Shown here: positions 10,560-24,447 of the stretch, piece after piece
Numbering within the stretch: the first letter of the stretch is position 1
How the letters are laid out: each line of letters begins with the position of its first letter
Translations under genes and position numbers: made by a program
DNA from: Dehalococcoidia bacterium
GTDB taxonomy: Bacteria; Chloroflexota; Dehalococcoidia; UBA2979
Reading direction: 5' to 3'
DNA length: 64,000 bases
Assembly: GCA_019694855.1 (NCBI GenBank)
Contig: JAIBBD010000004.1
Location: 9,753-73,752 of the forward strand
Notes under the pieces: model-generated
Told to the model about the DNA's origin: nothing
What the model saw: only the letters and a program-made list of their open reading frames with translations
Databases searched by the model: none

Positions 10560-12442
10560 ATCGACCGTTTGACGGTCTCCGCGAGACGGCGCGTGAAGCC
10601 CACCGTCGTGGCGATCTCCTCCACGCTCGCCTCCTGCAGCGCCCGCACTGAGCCGAACTTCCGCAAGAGCGCGCGCTTACGCCGCGGCCCGACGCCTGGA
10701 ATCGAGTCGAGGACGGAGCGCTGAGCCGACTGCCCGCGCAGCTTGCGGTGGTACGTGATCGCGAAGCGGTGAGCCTCGTCCCGTACGCGCTGGATCAGGT
10801 ACAGCGCCTGCGAGTCGCGAGGCAGCACGATCGGCTCGTCGACGTCCTTGACGAACACCTCCTCTTCACGTTTCGCGAGGCCGCACACCGGAACGTCCGC
10901 CAGCTCGAGGTCGCGCATGACGTCGAGCGCCGCCCCCAGCTGCCCCTTCCCGCCGTCGATGATGACGAGGTCCGGGACGATGTCCCACGCCGTCGGCTCC
11001 TCTTCCGCCGCGTCCACTTCGGCCGTCTCGGCCTGCGTCACGGTCGCCTCGCGCCGCCGGCGGCGGCTTGCGGCCAGCCGCGAGAAGCGCCTCGTCAGTA
11101 CCTCCCGCATCGAGGCGAAGTCATCCTGCCCCTCGACGGTCTTGATGCGGAAGCGCCGGTACTGGCCGTTCACCGGGGCGCCCTGCTCGAAGACCACCAT
11201 CGAGGCGACAGTGTTCGTCCCCTGGATCGTCGAGATGTCGTAGCACTCGATCCGGTTCGGCGGTGCCGGGAGATCGAGCTCGTCCTGCAGCAGCGTCATC
11301 GCAGCCTGCGTCTTGTCGCGGTCCGACATCCAGCGCACGCGGTGAGCGGCGAGCGTCGAGCGGGCGTTTTCCTCGGCGCTCGCGACCAGCTGGCGCAGCT
11401 CCCCTCGCTCCGGCACGCGGATCTCGACGGCGCTCCCGCGCCGCTCGCGCAGCGCCGCCTGCAGCTCCTCGAGATCGTCCGGTCGCATCGACAGCAGGAC
11501 GTTGCGAGGTACATACGTAGCCGACTCGAAGAACTGCGCGAGGAACGCTGACAGCACCTCGGCGTCCGAGGCATCCTGGGTCCCGTCGAGCATGAAGGAA
11601 TCGGTGTCCGCGACCGCCGTGCCGCGCACGAAGAACACCTGCACGCACGCCTCGTCACCGGACCGCGCGAGCGCGAACACGTCCGCGTCGAGCGGTGTCG
11701 TCGTCGCCATCTGCTGGCGCTCGGTCACGCGCCGGATCGCCTCCGCCTGGTCGCGCAGGCGGGCCGCGCGCTCGAACTCGAGGTCGTCCGAAGCCTTGAG
11801 CATCTCCGCCTCGACGTGGTCGAGTACCTCGCGGCTCCGTCCGTCGAGGAAGAGCACGGTCTGGTTGATGACCTCGTCGTACTCCTCCTTCGTACAGAAG
11901 GCGGTGCATGGGGCGATGCAGCGCTTGATGTAGTAGTCGAGGCAGGGACGGGGGTCCGTGCCGGTGATCGGCTTCGTGCATGACCGCCAGGGAAACAGCT
12001 TCTTCACCACGTCGAGCGTCCGCCGCACCGATCCCGCAGACGCGTATGGCCCGAAGTAGCGCGCCCCGTCGGCCTCGACGCGCCGTGTGATCGTCACCCG
12101 CGGCCACGGGTTTTGCACATCCACCTTCAGGTACGGGTAGTGCTTGTCGTCCTTCAGCCGCACGTTGTACTGCGGCTGGTGCCGCTTCACGAGCGTTGCC
12201 TCGAGGAGCAGGGCCTCCGCCTCGTTTCGCGTCAGCACGTGGTCAACGGTGACCACGAGCTGCGCCAGTGCCAGCACCTTCGGCTCGAGGCTCCGCGATG
12301 ATCCGAAGTAGGACCGCACCCGCGACCGGAGGTTCGTCGCCTTACCGACGTACAGCACGTCCCCGCGGACGTCTCGCATGATGTAGACGCCTGGGCGCTC
12401 GGGAAGCGCTCGTACCTGCTGCAGGACGCCGGGATCGGTCAC
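10556..12442 (-). CDS. uvrC: excinuclease ABC subunit C
   Basis: 628 aa. N-terminal GIY-YIG (PGVYIMRDVRGDVLYVGKATNLRSRVRSYF), a UvrBC interaction region, and C-terminal RNaseH-like and HhH domains. Confidence 0.95.
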   Translation of the reverse strand: MTDPGVLQQVRALPERPGVYIMRDVRGDVLYVGKATNLRSRVRSYFGSSRSLEPKVLALAQLVVTVDHVLTRNEAEALLLEATLVKRHQPQYNVRLKDDKHYPYLKVDVQNPWPRVTITRRVEADGARYFGPYASAGSVRRTLDVVKKLFPWRSCTKPITGTDPRPCLDYYIKRCIAPCTAFCTKEEYDEVINQTVLFLDGRSREVLDHVEAEMLKASDDLEFERAARLRDQAEAIRRVTERQQMATTTPLDADVFALARSGDEACVQVFFVRGTAVADTDSFMLDGTQDASDAEVLSAFLAQFFESATYVPRNVLLSMRPDDLEELQAALRERRGSAVEIRVPERGELRQLVASAEENARSTLAAHRVRWMSDRDKTQAAMTLLQDELDLPAPPNRIECYDISTIQGTNTVASMVVFEQGAPVNGQYRRFRIKTVEGQDDFASMREVLTRRFSRLAASRRRRREATVTQAETAEVDAAEEEPTAWDIVPDLVIIDGGKGQLGAALDVMRDLELADVPVCGLAKREEEVFVKDVDEPIVLPRDSQALYLIQRVRDEAHRFAITYHRKLRGQSAQRSVLDSIPGVGPRRKRALLRKFGSVRALQEASVEEIATTVGFTRRLAETVKRSI

Positions 12443-12515
12443 GAGTTCAAGTGTAGCGCCGCCGCCGGGGCGCCGATTCGAGGGCGGTCGGGACGGTCGA
12501 ACGAGATGGTTGAAG

Positions 12516-12591
12516 TGGCGCGCCCGGTAGGATTTGAACCTACGACCTCAGCCTCCGCAGGGCTGCGCTCTATCCCCTGAGCTACGAGCGC
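12516..12591 (-). tRNA. tRNA-Arg, anticodon read as GCG
   Basis: The reverse complement folds as a canonical 76-nt cloverleaf: acceptor GCGCUCG/CGGGCGC, U8 A9, D-arm GCUC...GAGC, anticodon stem CAGCC/GGCUG, loop C-U-GCG-G-A, T-loop UUCAAAU, 3' CCA encoded. It closely resembles bacterial tRNA-Arg(ACG) but has G34. Confidence 0.85.
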
Positions 12592-12613
12592 GCGTCAAAC
12601 AGAACGTCAAACC

Positions 12614-12700
<87 letters not shown>

Positions 12701-12727
12701 CCGAACTTCGCGTCTGCGTCCTTTCGC

Positions 12728-12804
12728 TGGTGGGCCGTAGTGGACTTGAACCACTGACCTCTCGCGTGTGAAGCGAGCGCTCGTACCAACTGAGCTAACG
12801 GCCC
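12728..12804 (-). tRNA. tRNA-Val (CAC)
   Basis: 77-nt cloverleaf. Acceptor GGGCCGU/ACGGCCC, D-loop AGUUGGUA, anticodon loop UU-CAC-AC, T-loop UUCAAGU, CCA encoded. Confidence 0.9.
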
Positions 12805-12867
12805 GCGTCGACGCCTTCGCGAATGCCTAGCGTATCGCCCGCGCTCACCCGGTTCAACTCGGTCGCC

Positions 12868-15800
12868 TCACTCACCACGGGCACGTGATTCGAGCGCGAG
12901 GTCCGCGCCGTGCCGCAGCGTCCGCGTCGCGATGACGCGAGGCCAGGCGAACCGCTGCACGAACCCCGGCTCGCCCGGCTGGGCTCCGTCGAGGGGTGAC
13001 AGTAGGGACTTCAGCGCGGTGCGGCCCTCCGCAGTCGGCCCCAGCGCCTGGTACGCAGCCCGGCACGTCGAGGCTCCGCTGTCGGTCACCACGAGGTCGA
13101 CCCATGCCTCACCCGCCCGGGCCGCGACGTCGCCTCGCGCCACGGTGAGCACGTCCCCGGGCACGCCCTCGTGCTGCAGCGCCTCGACGAGCGGGCCGAG
13201 GTGCGGAGCCGCGACGACTGCGACGCTGTTCCCCGCCACCAGTGTCGCTGCCAGCCAGCTCGGTGCCTGGGCGCCCCTCACCGCGAGGAGTGCGCGCCCG
13301 CGAGGCCAGTCGTAGCGCAGCTCGGTGTGCTGCCCCGCGGCCTGCACCGTCGGCGCGGGACGACCCAGCTCGCGCCTCGCCGCCTGCACCACATCGAGGA
13401 TCTGCAGCGCCTCGTCGGTGTCGCCTCCGCCGACTCGCGCGGCGCACCGCTCGAGGACCGCGATGCGATCTTCGAGGCTTGCCTCCCACCTCGGAGCCAG
13501 CCTGGGGGCCGCCGTGTCAGTCGCGATGCCATCGACGCCTTCGAGAGTGCCACGTTCGTCCTCGGGTACGTCTGTGCGCCGTACGAACGCCGACAGGGAG
13601 TCGGGCCCGCCCGCCTTCGGCCCCGTCCCCGACATCGCCATCCCGCCGAACGGCTCCACCCCCGGCCGCGCGCCCGTTGTCCCGCGGTTCACGTAGATGT
13701 TCCCCGCCCGTAGCGCCGAGGTAGCTCGCTCCACCGTCGAGGGGCTGCGCGAGTACACGCCGGCTGTCAGCCCGTACGCCGTCCCGTTCGCGATGTCATA
13801 GGCCTCCTCCTCGTCATCGAACGGGATCACGACGAGGATCGGCCCGAACAGCTCCTCGGTCGCCGTGGACGAGGACAGCGCCTGCGCGGCGTCCATCTGC
13901 ACGATCAACGGCCCCGCCTGCAGCGCCGTCGCGTCGAACAGGTCGAGGAGGACTTCGCCTTCGCGCCGCGCCTCGGCCGCCGCGCTCTGGAGTCGATCCC
14001 ACGCGCGCCGGTCGATGATCGGGTTCACCTCCGTCGCCGCCGCGTCCGCCGGGCCAATGTGTAGGCTGCGTGCGGCCTCGACGAGTCGGGCCGAAAGTCG
14101 ATCCAGGACGGACCGCTCGACGAGGACACGCGACACGGCCGAGCACTTCTGGTTCGCATGCCCGAACGAGGAGTGCACGATGCTGTCGACGGCCTCGTCC
14201 ATGTCCGCATCCGCAAACACGAGGGCGGCGTTCTTGCCGCCCATCTCTGCCACGAGCGCCTTCACGACGCCGTCTCGAGGTATGACCCGCGCCACGTCGT
14301 CATGCATCTGCACGCCCACGCCGCGGGAGCCGGTAAACGCCACCATCGCCACGTCCGGGCTCTCCACGAGCGCCTGCCCCGCTTCGGAGCCGTGCCCGGG
14401 CAGGCACACCAGCGCCCCCCGAGGCACCCCGGCCTCGTGCAACAGCGCGGTCAGCCGCAGTGCGACCAGCGGCGTCTGACCAGCCGGCTTCAGCACGACG
14501 CCGTTCCCCGTCGCCAGCGCCGCCACCGTCATCCCGCACGGGATCGCCAGCGAGAAGTTCCACGGCGGGATGACCGCCACCACCCCGCGAGGAGCGACGC
14601 GCCCCTCGAAGTCCCGGAACAGTTGCTCGGCCTGCACGGCGTAGTACCGCAGGTAATCGACCGCTTCGACGACCTCCGCCCACGCCCCCGCCCGGTCGCG
14701 TCCCCCTTCGAGCACGATCCAGGCGGCGAACGCGTGCGCACGCTCTTCGAGGAAATCCGCTGCCCGCCGCAGTATCCGAGCTCGCTCGCCCACCGGCGTC
14801 GTCGCCCACGGCGTGCTTCCCTCGCGCACCGCCGAGGCCACGCGTCGCGCCGTCTCGGCGTCGACGAACGGCACGACGCCGACCGGCCCCTCGTCGGGGT
14901 GCGATGGCGAATGGATCGCTACCGCCTCGCCGGCGAGCGCCTCGTCGCCGGCTCGAACCTCGTACGTCCGTCCCCATTGGGCCCGCGTCGAGGTCAGTGC
15001 ACGCTCGAATTCTTCGCGAAACCCCGCGTCGAACCACCGTGCCTCGGCCATCCGCACGAAGCCGCCCTCGCCGGCTGGCGCCGCGGCCGAATCGTCCGGC
15101 CGTTCCGCCGGCGGCCGCAGCAGCTCCTCAGGCTTGGCGCCGCCGCGGCTCTGCAGCAGGAACCCGGCTTGCGAGGAGTTCTCCAGCACTCGCCGTACGA
15201 GGTAGGCCATGCCCGGTAGCAGCTCGCCCACCGGTACGTAGTCACGCGTCGGCCATCCCATCCCGGCGAGTGCGCGGCTCATCCCCTCGTACGTCCGGAA
15301 CAACGTCTGGTGTTCGACCGTCCCCGAGGGCAGTCCCGCGGCCTCGGCGAGCGCCTCAGCCATCGCGTGTGAGCGCGCGTTGTGGCTGGCAACAGCCAGC
15401 CGGAGGTGTGGGTGGCCGCCGAGGAGTGTGCCTGCCGCCCGCTCGAACGATCGGTCGGTCGCGGCCTTCTCACTCCACACGGGCGCCGGCCAGCGATTGG
15501 CTGACGCCGTGATCGTCTCGAAGTCCCAGTACGCGCCCTTCACGAGCCGCACCTGGAACGGCGTCCCACGCTCCCGCGCAAACGCGACTATCGAGGCGGC
15601 GTTCGCCTCCGCGCTCCGCAGGTAGGCCTGCAACACGATCCCCGCGTCCGCCCAGTCTCCGAGCCGCTCTCCGCGCGCGAACGTGCGGCGGAACACCTCC
15701 CAGGTGAGGTCGCGATACGCGTGCTGCTCCATGTCGACGGTGAGCCCGATCCCCGCCCGCCGCGCCGCGTCCGCGATCGCCTCGAGAGGTGGGCGGACGC

Positions 15801-16440
15801 GCGCGATCGTCCCGTCCGGGTCCACTGGCGTGAATAGCGAGGTGAGCGACGACAGCTTGATTGAGAACTGCAGCGCCGGCGCCCCCGAGGCGGTCCGTTG
15901 CTGTGCCTGCGGCTCGCGCCTCAGCTGGTCGACCATCGCCAGGTACCGCTCGACGTACGACAGCGCCTCGGCTTCGCTCAGCACGGCCTCGCCCAGCAGG
16001 TCGAAGGAGGGCGCGCGTCCATGCCGCTCGAGGTACGTGAGCGTCTCACGGACGCTCTCCTCGCCGGGCGGCGTGATGAACCGCCGCGCGAACAGCTCCG
16101 CCGACCGCCGTGCGGTCTCGCCGACGACCGGCGCTGGCAAATGCTCGTCGCGGCCGACCCGGAGCAGCCAGCGCAGCGGTCGAGGCAGTCCCGGGAAGTC
16201 GTCGCCGAAATACTCGGCTGCGAGCCGCTTCGCCTCGTGCCCGTGGCGGTCATGGTCGAGCGAGGCGAGGACATCCATGTACCGCAGCAGCCGCGCGCGG
16301 AACCGCTCGTCGGCCACCGCGTTCGTGAGCAGCCAGTCCTCGATGCGCTCCGCCGGCCCCGCGCGGTACCCCGCGGCCCGTTCGAGCAGGGCGCGGCCGA
16401 GTTCCTGTGTCCGAGCTTCGAGGGCGGGATCGAGTGCCAT
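12868..16440 (-). CDS. putA: bifunctional proline dehydrogenase / L-glutamate gamma-semialdehyde (P5C) dehydrogenase PutA, long form with an extra C-terminal domain
   Basis: An N-terminal PRODH TIM-barrel region ([16 protein letters not shown]) is followed by an ALDH domain with catalytic Cys/Glu context ([17 protein letters not shown]) and about 250 further residues. The start was chosen at the ATG at 16440 ([10 protein letters not shown]) rather than the track's GTG at 16473. Confidence 0.9.
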   Translation of the reverse strand: MALDPALEARTQELGRALLERAAGYRAGPAERIEDWLLTNAVADERFRARLLRYMDVLASLDHDRHGHEAKRLAAEYFGDDFPGLPRPLRWLLRVGRDEHLPAPVVGETARRSAELFARRFITPPGEESVRETLTYLERHGRAPSFDLLGEAVLSEAEALSYVERYLAMVDQLRREPQAQQRTASGAPALQFSIKLSSLTSLFTPVDPDGTIARVRPPLEAIADAARRAGIGLTVDMEQHAYRDLTWEVFRRTFARGERLGDWADAGIVLQAYLRSAEANAASIVAFARERGTPFQVRLVKGAYWDFETITASANRWPAPVWSEKAATDRSFERAAGTLLGGHPHLRLAVASHNARSHAMAEALAEAAGLPSGTVEHQTLFRTYEGMSRALAGMGWPTRDYVPVGELLPGMAYLVRRVLENSSQAGFLLQSRGGAKPEELLRPPAERPDDSAAAPAGEGGFVRMAEARWFDAGFREEFERALTSTRAQWGRTYEVRAGDEALAGEAVAIHSPSHPDEGPVGVVPFVDAETARRVASAVREGSTPWATTPVGERARILRRAADFLEERAHAFAAWIVLEGGRDRAGAWAEVVEAVDYLRYYAVQAEQLFRDFEGRVAPRGVVAVIPPWNFSLAIPCGMTVAALATGNGVVLKPAGQTPLVALRLTALLHEAGVPRGALVCLPGHGSEAGQALVESPDVAMVAFTGSRGVGVQMHDDVARVIPRDGVVKALVAEMGGKNAALVFADADMDEAVDSIVHSSFGHANQKCSAVSRVLVERSVLDRLSARLVEAARSLHIGPADAAATEVNPIIDRRAWDRLQSAAAEARREGEVLLDLFDATALQAGPLIVQMDAAQALSSSTATEELFGPILVVIPFDDEEEAYDIANGTAYGLTAGVYSRSPSTVERATSALRAGNIYVNRGTTGARPGVEPFGGMAMSGTGPKAGGPDSLSAFVRRTDVPEDERGTLEGVDGIATDTAAPRLAPRWEASLEDRIAVLERCAARVGGGDTDEALQILDVVQAARRELGRPAPTVQAAGQHTELRYDWPRGRALLAVRGAQAPSWLAATLVAGNSVAVVAAPHLGPLVEALQHEGVPGDVLTVARGDVAARAGEAWVDLVVTDSGASTCRAAYQALGPTAEGRTALKSLLSPLDGAQPGEPGFVQRFAWPRVIATRTLRHGADLALESRARGE

Positions 16441-16601
16441 GTGTCGAGGATAGCCGCTGCGCCGTCCCCACACCGGGCGAGGTTTCCCGTGCGCCGGATT
16501 GGGCTAGGATACGCCGAGTCGAGGCCGCCGCCCCCGACCGGCTTCCTCGCTACACTGACAACAGACGACGATTGCGGACACCTGAGAGCGGGAGACGCCC
16601 C

Positions 16602-19280
<2,679 letters not shown>

Positions 19281-19291
19281 GAGCCTCATCA

Positions 19292-20151
19292 TGACGACCG
19301 AGCAAGACGTCGACACGAGCAGCTGGAAGCAGACGCCAGACGGCATCCCGATCCCGCCGCCCTCCCCCGAGGACGTGCTCTACGAGAATCGCGACGGTGT
19401 CGGCTGGATCACGCTGAACCGTCCGCGTGTCCTGAACGCCGTCAACAAGAACGTCACGAGGCTCCTCGCCGCCGCCCTGGACCAGGCCGCGGCCGACGAG
19501 GACGCAAAGGCGGTCATCCTCATCGGCGCCGGGCGCGCCTTCTGCGCCGGCGGCGACATGTGGTCCTCGCTCTACCCGGACGACCAGCCCGCCCCCGAAG
19601 CCGCCGAGGTGCAGGGCAAGATCTGGTCGATGCCCAAGCCCGTCATCGCGGCCGTGCGCGGCCACGCCCTCGGGCAGGGCGCTCAGTTCGTAAACGTCTG
19701 CGACTTCACCGTCGCCTCCGACACGGCCCGCATCGGTGAGATCCAGATCCGCCAGGGCTTCTTCCCGCCTACGCTCATCTCGCCGTACCTGATGGGCATC
19801 AAGCACGCCAAGGAATTCATGCTCCTCGGCGACGCCTTCACCGCCGAGGACGCGTACCGCATCGGCATCGTGAATCGTGTTGTACCCGACGCCGAGCTCG
19901 AGGCCGCCGCCGAGGCGATGGCGAAGAAGCTCGCCGCCCTCCCCGCGACCGCCGTCCGCCTGAACAAGCTCCTCGTGAACCGCGTCTACGAGCTGGCCGG
20001 CTTCCAACAGGGGTTTGACTGGCGCAAGGACTACGCGCTCCGCACGCTCTCCGAGCAGAAGGACGAAGTCGCCGAGGCCCGTGTGCGCATCCGCGAAGAG
20101 CAGGGCTGGGCCGCGTTCAAGGAGGAGCGTAACAAGGGATACCAGGACTAG
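19292..20151 (+). CDS. enoyl-CoA hydratase/isomerase (crotonase) family protein
   Basis: Start MTTEQD after a GGAG RBS. The crotonase fold motif GAGRAFCAGGDM and the oxyanion-hole region are present. Confidence 0.85.
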
Positions 20152-20172
20152 CCGTCCGAGGGCGGGCCGTCG
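20152..20172. terminator. candidate bidirectional terminator hairpin between convergent genes
   Basis: GGGCCGTCG-TTA-CGGCGGCCC, an imperfect 9-bp GC stem, fills the 21-bp gap between the ech stop and the stop of the minus-strand glycoside hydrolase gene. Confidence 0.35.
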
Positions 20173-21282
20173 TTACGGCGGCCCGAACCATGCCTCGTAC
20201 GCTGCGCGCGGCTCACCGGCTGCGTTGCGCAGCGACACGCTGCCGAAGAGGCGGTACGCCTGCGCGTTCGAGCCGTCGTCGCGTAGCGCGTGCAGCAGCA
20301 GCCAGTTCTCGAGCCGCACCTCGTGCCCGCCGAGGAGCGCCGCGAGCTTCCCGATGTACTCAACCTGCTCGTGCTCGCCAGCTACCCACGGCAGGTTCGT
20401 CCCGCCGAGAGCCTCCGCCGGCCAGCCGGTCTCGGTCACCGCGACCGGCTTCGGTCCGATGCGTGCGAACAGCGGCTCGAAGTAGTCGTCCCGGATCGCG
20501 TCCGGCGCCGTCGCGCCGAGGAACGGGTACACCGACAGCCCCACGACATCGACCTTCGCGAGGTCGTGCGCCTCCAGCGCGCCCCAGAGCGGCTTCGTCC
20601 AGCCGTTCAGCGCGCCGAGGCCGGCCAGGTGCTCGTAGTTGAACACCGGGCCGACCAGTGTCTCCGGTGACGCCGCCTTGATCGCGTCGTACGCCGCGTT
20701 ATAAGCGGCCACCCAGTTCGCGTAGTCGCCCGGCGCCTGTTCGAAGTAGAACTCGTTCTCGTTGCCGAGGAAGACGTACGGTGGCCGGAACTCCGTCACA
20801 AACGCCCGCAGCATCGAGGCGTACCGCTCGCGCGCGTCCGTGTTCGTCCAGTCGTTCGTCGGGTTCGCCGCCGTCTTGATCAGCGGCGTGTTCCCCGCCC
20901 GCCACCCGAAGACCGGCACGGCCACAAGGCACCGCTTCGAGGCCTCAACCGCGACCGCGCGCGCCGCTGCGGGCGCCGCCCCCGCGTCCGACCCGCCGAC
21001 CGCATCGCCTCGCCAGGCCCCATTCCACAGCACTGCGCTGCCTCGATGGCTCCCCGCCTCTTCGTAGAAGGCGACGAGCGACGCGGGGTCGAGCCCGCCG
21101 GAGAGACTCATCCCGCGCGGCGACAGCCCCACGCCGCGCACGGACGATAGGGGCGGCGGGCAATCCTCCTCGACCCGCTCGCCCGACCCGCTCCCGCCAC
21201 ATCCGATGACAAGCAGCGCCACACCGAGGGCTGCAAGCAGCCAACCGAAGCGCGCCCGAGCCGGCGGAGAAACGTTGCACAT
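20173..21282 (-). CDS. secreted lipoprotein, clan GH-A (TIM-barrel) glycoside hydrolase-like
   Basis: Internal start MCNVSPPARARFGWLLAALGVALLVIGCGG gives a lipoprotein signal. FLGNENE (candidate acid/base) and VTETGWP (candidate nucleophile) are spaced as in GH5/GH26-type hydrolases. The upstream ORF extension was rejected. Confidence 0.6.
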   Translation of the reverse strand: MCNVSPPARARFGWLLAALGVALLVIGCGGSGSGERVEEDCPPPLSSVRGVGLSPRGMSLSGGLDPASLVAFYEEAGSHRGSAVLWNGAWRGDAVGGSDAGAAPAAARAVAVEASKRCLVAVPVFGWRAGNTPLIKTAANPTNDWTNTDARERYASMLRAFVTEFRPPYVFLGNENEFYFEQAPGDYANWVAAYNAAYDAIKAASPETLVGPVFNYEHLAGLGALNGWTKPLWGALEAHDLAKVDVVGLSVYPFLGATAPDAIRDDYFEPLFARIGPKPVAVTETGWPAEALGGTNLPWVAGEHEQVEYIGKLAALLGGHEVRLENWLLLHALRDDGSNAQAYRLFGSVSLRNAAGEPRAAYEAWFGPP

Positions 21283-21319
21283 CAACCGAATAGCGCCCCA
21301 CTCACGCGGCCGTTCGCCG

Positions 21320-21835
21320 CTAGAACATTCGCATCCCGCCTCGATGCGGCTCGAACCGCGCGGCGAGCATGCGCGCCAGCTGCGCGAGGTGCACGAGGTC
21401 GTGATGTGCCGCGTGGAACAACATTTCCTCGGCGGTGACGTGCCCCGCCGCCGAATGCTCGCCATCACGCGCCCACCCCGAGGCCTCGAGCGTCCGCAGC
21501 CAGACCACGTCCGCGTGCCGCCGCTCGGCAAACTCGTCTAACAGGTCGGCGGGCGTCCGGTTCCCGTACCCGGAGCGTGCCAGCTCCTCGTTCTCGTCGC
21601 GATTGAGCAGGAGCGGCCGCTCCTGCTCAACCATCGAGTGGATACGGTCGAGCGCGCCGATGCGCTGCGTGATCAGCAGGTGGGCAACCACGTCGTGCGG
21701 CGACCAGTCGCCCTCCGCCGCCGCCTCCATCGAGGCCGCGGAAGCGCCCTCGACGAGCGCGCGCACCGCCGCCGGCGTCCTCTCCAGCCGCGCGATCGCC
21801 TCCTCGCGCAGCTCCGCGAGGCCATCCTGGCTCAC
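21320..21835 (-). CDS. DinB/YfiT-like (DinB_2) metal-dependent hydrolase family protein
   Basis: 171 aa with a four-helix-bundle His pattern (HDVVAHLL ... HAAHHDLVHLAQL). Confidence 0.55.
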   Translation of the reverse strand: MSQDGLAELREEAIARLERTPAAVRALVEGASAASMEAAAEGDWSPHDVVAHLLITQRIGALDRIHSMVEQERPLLLNRDENEELARSGYGNRTPADLLDEFAERRHADVVWLRTLEASGWARDGEHSAAGHVTAEEMLFHAAHHDLVHLAQLARMLAARFEPHRGGMRMF

Positions 21836-24375
21836 GACGCCGCGAACGCCCGGCAGCGGATCGCTCGCGCGAGGTCGTCGTTCGCTTCACGCAGCGACCG
21901 CGCGAGCGTCGGCAGCCGCTCGCCGACCTCGGCCAGCAGCCGCTCCGACCGATCGAGGATCGCCTGGTCCACCCGCCCGGGGAACAGCCCGCCGAAGTAC
22001 GCGCTCGCCGCCTCGTGTGGCCGTGCCTCGAAGACCGCAGGCACCTCCTCGAAGAAGCGCTCCTCGTACGGCCGCGTCAGTTCGCGCTGGACGTACCACT
22101 GGAACCCGCTCATCGCCGCCGAAGTCAGGTGCAGCGACCCGTACCCCTCGTCGTGGAAGCGACGCCATGCCTCGGCCTTCGTCTCGGCATCGGGCTCCGA
22201 GGTCTCGCAGCGCAGGAGCGCCCGCTGCCCGCGGTCCGAGGGGTCGCGCTCGCGCTCGGCGGCCACGCGCGCCCCGGCCCCCTCGAGGCCGTAGGCGACA
22301 AAGCGCGCCGCCAGTTCCCATCGCATCTCCTGGTCGACCGTGAAGCCCGGCACGCTCACCTCGCCGTCCGCGAGGCGGGCGAACTGCACGATGTCCTCGG
22401 CGTTGATCGCCATGCCGATGAGCGCCCGCCCCCACATGATCTGCAGGTCGCCCTGGGGGACCGAATGGAGCTGGTCCCATGCCAGCTGGAAGAAGCGGTG
22501 GGCCTCCGCGAGCCGCTGGTCGTCCGGCACGAACCGCGCGATCGTCCCCTGCGCGTTGGCAAGGATCGTCTCGATCAGCTCGTGGCTGGGCTCGCTGCCA
22601 ATTTGTGCGGCGATCAGGCGCAGGTACTCTGTCGACTTCAGCTGCTGGTCACGCACCATGTTCCACAGCGCCTGCCAGATCAGCTGCCGCAGCAGCGAGT
22701 CCTCGATGCGGTCGAGGTGCTGCTGCGCGTACTCGAGCGACCGCGCGTCGAGCGCCACCTTCACGAACCCGTGGTCGTTGTGGTTCGGGAAGACGAAGTC
22801 CGGCAGCGCGCGTCCCGCCGCTTCCGCCACCTCGACCTCGACCCCGTCGAGGTGCACTGGCACCTCGTCGATACGCGCCACGTCGCCGTCGTTCCGCACC
22901 AGCGCGATGTCGAGGCGGTGCGGCCGGATGGTCGGATACTCCTCGGGCGCCATCTGGGTGACCGTCAGTCGCCCGATGTTGCCATCCGCCGGCTCCACCC
23001 GCGCCGCCACCGTGTTCAGGGACGGTGTCTCGAGCCATAGGCGCGCCCATTCGTGCAGGTCGCGGCCGACCCCCTCGCCGAGGGCGTCCAACCATTGCGA
23101 GAGCGTCGTGTTCTGGAAGGCGTGGCGGCGGAAGTAGATCCGCATCCCCTCGCGGAACCCGTCCATGCCCATCGCGGCGACGAGCTGCTTGATGACGGAG
23201 GCGCCCTTGCCGTACGTGATGCCGTCGAAGTTTAGGAACGTGTGTTCGGTGTCGGGCACCTGGCCCGCGATCGGATGCGTCGTAACGAGCTGGTCCTGCC
23301 GGTACGCCCAGCTCTTCATCCCGGAGTTGAAGTCCTGCCACGCCCCTCGGAACCGAGTCGCTTCCGTCAGGGTGAGATACGACATGTACGTGGCGAAGCT
23401 CTCGTTCAGCCACAGGTCGTTCCACCAGCGCATCGTCACGAGGTCGCCGAACCACATGTGCGCCATTTCGTGCAGTACGACCTCGGCGCGGCTTTCCCGC
23501 TGCCGGTCGGTGGGCGGGTCGCGGAACACCATCCGCTCCGAGTGCGTGATCGCGCCCACGTTCTCCATCGCCCCCGCGTTGAACTCCGGCACGAACACCT
23601 GGTCGTACTTCACGAACGGGTAGGGCGTGTCGAAGAACTCCTCGTAGAAGTCGAGCCCCTGCTTCGTGACGGTGAACAGCTCCTCCGTGTCGAGGTACGG
23701 CACGAGCGACTTCCGGCAAAACAGGCCGAGCGGAATGCCTCGATGCTCGTCGCGCACCGCCGAGTACGGCCCGGCGATGAGCGCGAACAGGTACGTGCTG
23801 AACGGCCGCGTCGTCTCGAACACCCAGCGCTGCCGGCCGTCCGAGGTCTCTTCCTGGTGCCGCGGACGCCCGTTGTTGATGACCTCCCAGTTCGCCGGCG
23901 CTACGACGGTCAACGCGTAGGTCGCCTTCAGGTCGGGCTGGTCGAAGTTGGGAAACAGTCGATGCGACTCGTACGGCTCGAAGTTGGAGTAGAGGTACTC
24001 CTCGCCATCCTCCGGGTCGATGAACTGGTGCAGCCCGTCCCCGGTATGGTCGTACTCATTCTCGTACACCACCCGCACCACGTTGTCGCGGGCCAGCGCG
24101 TCCGCCGGGATCGTGAGCCGGTAGCCCGTCCAGAGCAGCGCCGGGTCTAGCTGCCCCCCGTTGACCTCGAAGCGCTCGATCTGCTTCCCGCGGAAGTCGA
24201 GGAACGTGTCACTCCCGCCGTCGAACCGGAACCGGATGGTAACCTCGCCGCGATACGTCTCCGCGCCGCGCCGCAGGTCGAGCGACAGTTCGTAGCTGAC
24301 GCCGTTGACGTCGGCGGCTCGCGCTTCCGCCTCCGCCTGGGTCAACACGTCGCGTGCGGGCGCAGTCGTAGTCAT
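21832..24375 (-). CDS. pepN: aminopeptidase N (M1 family)
   Basis: 847 aa. GAMEN exopeptidase motif, zinc-binding HEMAHMWFGDLVT and WLNESFA (HExxH...E). Confidence 0.95.
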   Translation of the reverse strand: MTTTAPARDVLTQAEAEARAADVNGVSYELSLDLRRGAETYRGEVTIRFRFDGGSDTFLDFRGKQIERFEVNGGQLDPALLWTGYRLTIPADALARDNVVRVVYENEYDHTGDGLHQFIDPEDGEEYLYSNFEPYESHRLFPNFDQPDLKATYALTVVAPANWEVINNGRPRHQEETSDGRQRWVFETTRPFSTYLFALIAGPYSAVRDEHRGIPLGLFCRKSLVPYLDTEELFTVTKQGLDFYEEFFDTPYPFVKYDQVFVPEFNAGAMENVGAITHSERMVFRDPPTDRQRESRAEVVLHEMAHMWFGDLVTMRWWNDLWLNESFATYMSYLTLTEATRFRGAWQDFNSGMKSWAYRQDQLVTTHPIAGQVPDTEHTFLNFDGITYGKGASVIKQLVAAMGMDGFREGMRIYFRRHAFQNTTLSQWLDALGEGVGRDLHEWARLWLETPSLNTVAARVEPADGNIGRLTVTQMAPEEYPTIRPHRLDIALVRNDGDVARIDEVPVHLDGVEVEVAEAAGRALPDFVFPNHNDHGFVKVALDARSLEYAQQHLDRIEDSLLRQLIWQALWNMVRDQQLKSTEYLRLIAAQIGSEPSHELIETILANAQGTIARFVPDDQRLAEAHRFFQLAWDQLHSVPQGDLQIMWGRALIGMAINAEDIVQFARLADGEVSVPGFTVDQEMRWELAARFVAYGLEGAGARVAAERERDPSDRGQRALLRCETSEPDAETKAEAWRRFHDEGYGSLHLTSAAMSGFQWYVQRELTRPYEERFFEEVPAVFEARPHEAASAYFGGLFPGRVDQAILDRSERLLAEVGERLPTLARSLREANDDLARAIRCRAFAAS

Positions 24376-24447
24376 CGCGAGTCCCTTCGTTGGAGCAATG
24401 GTGGGTGGGTGTCCGCCCGGCGCCGCCCCCCGCTGGGGACGTGTCGG

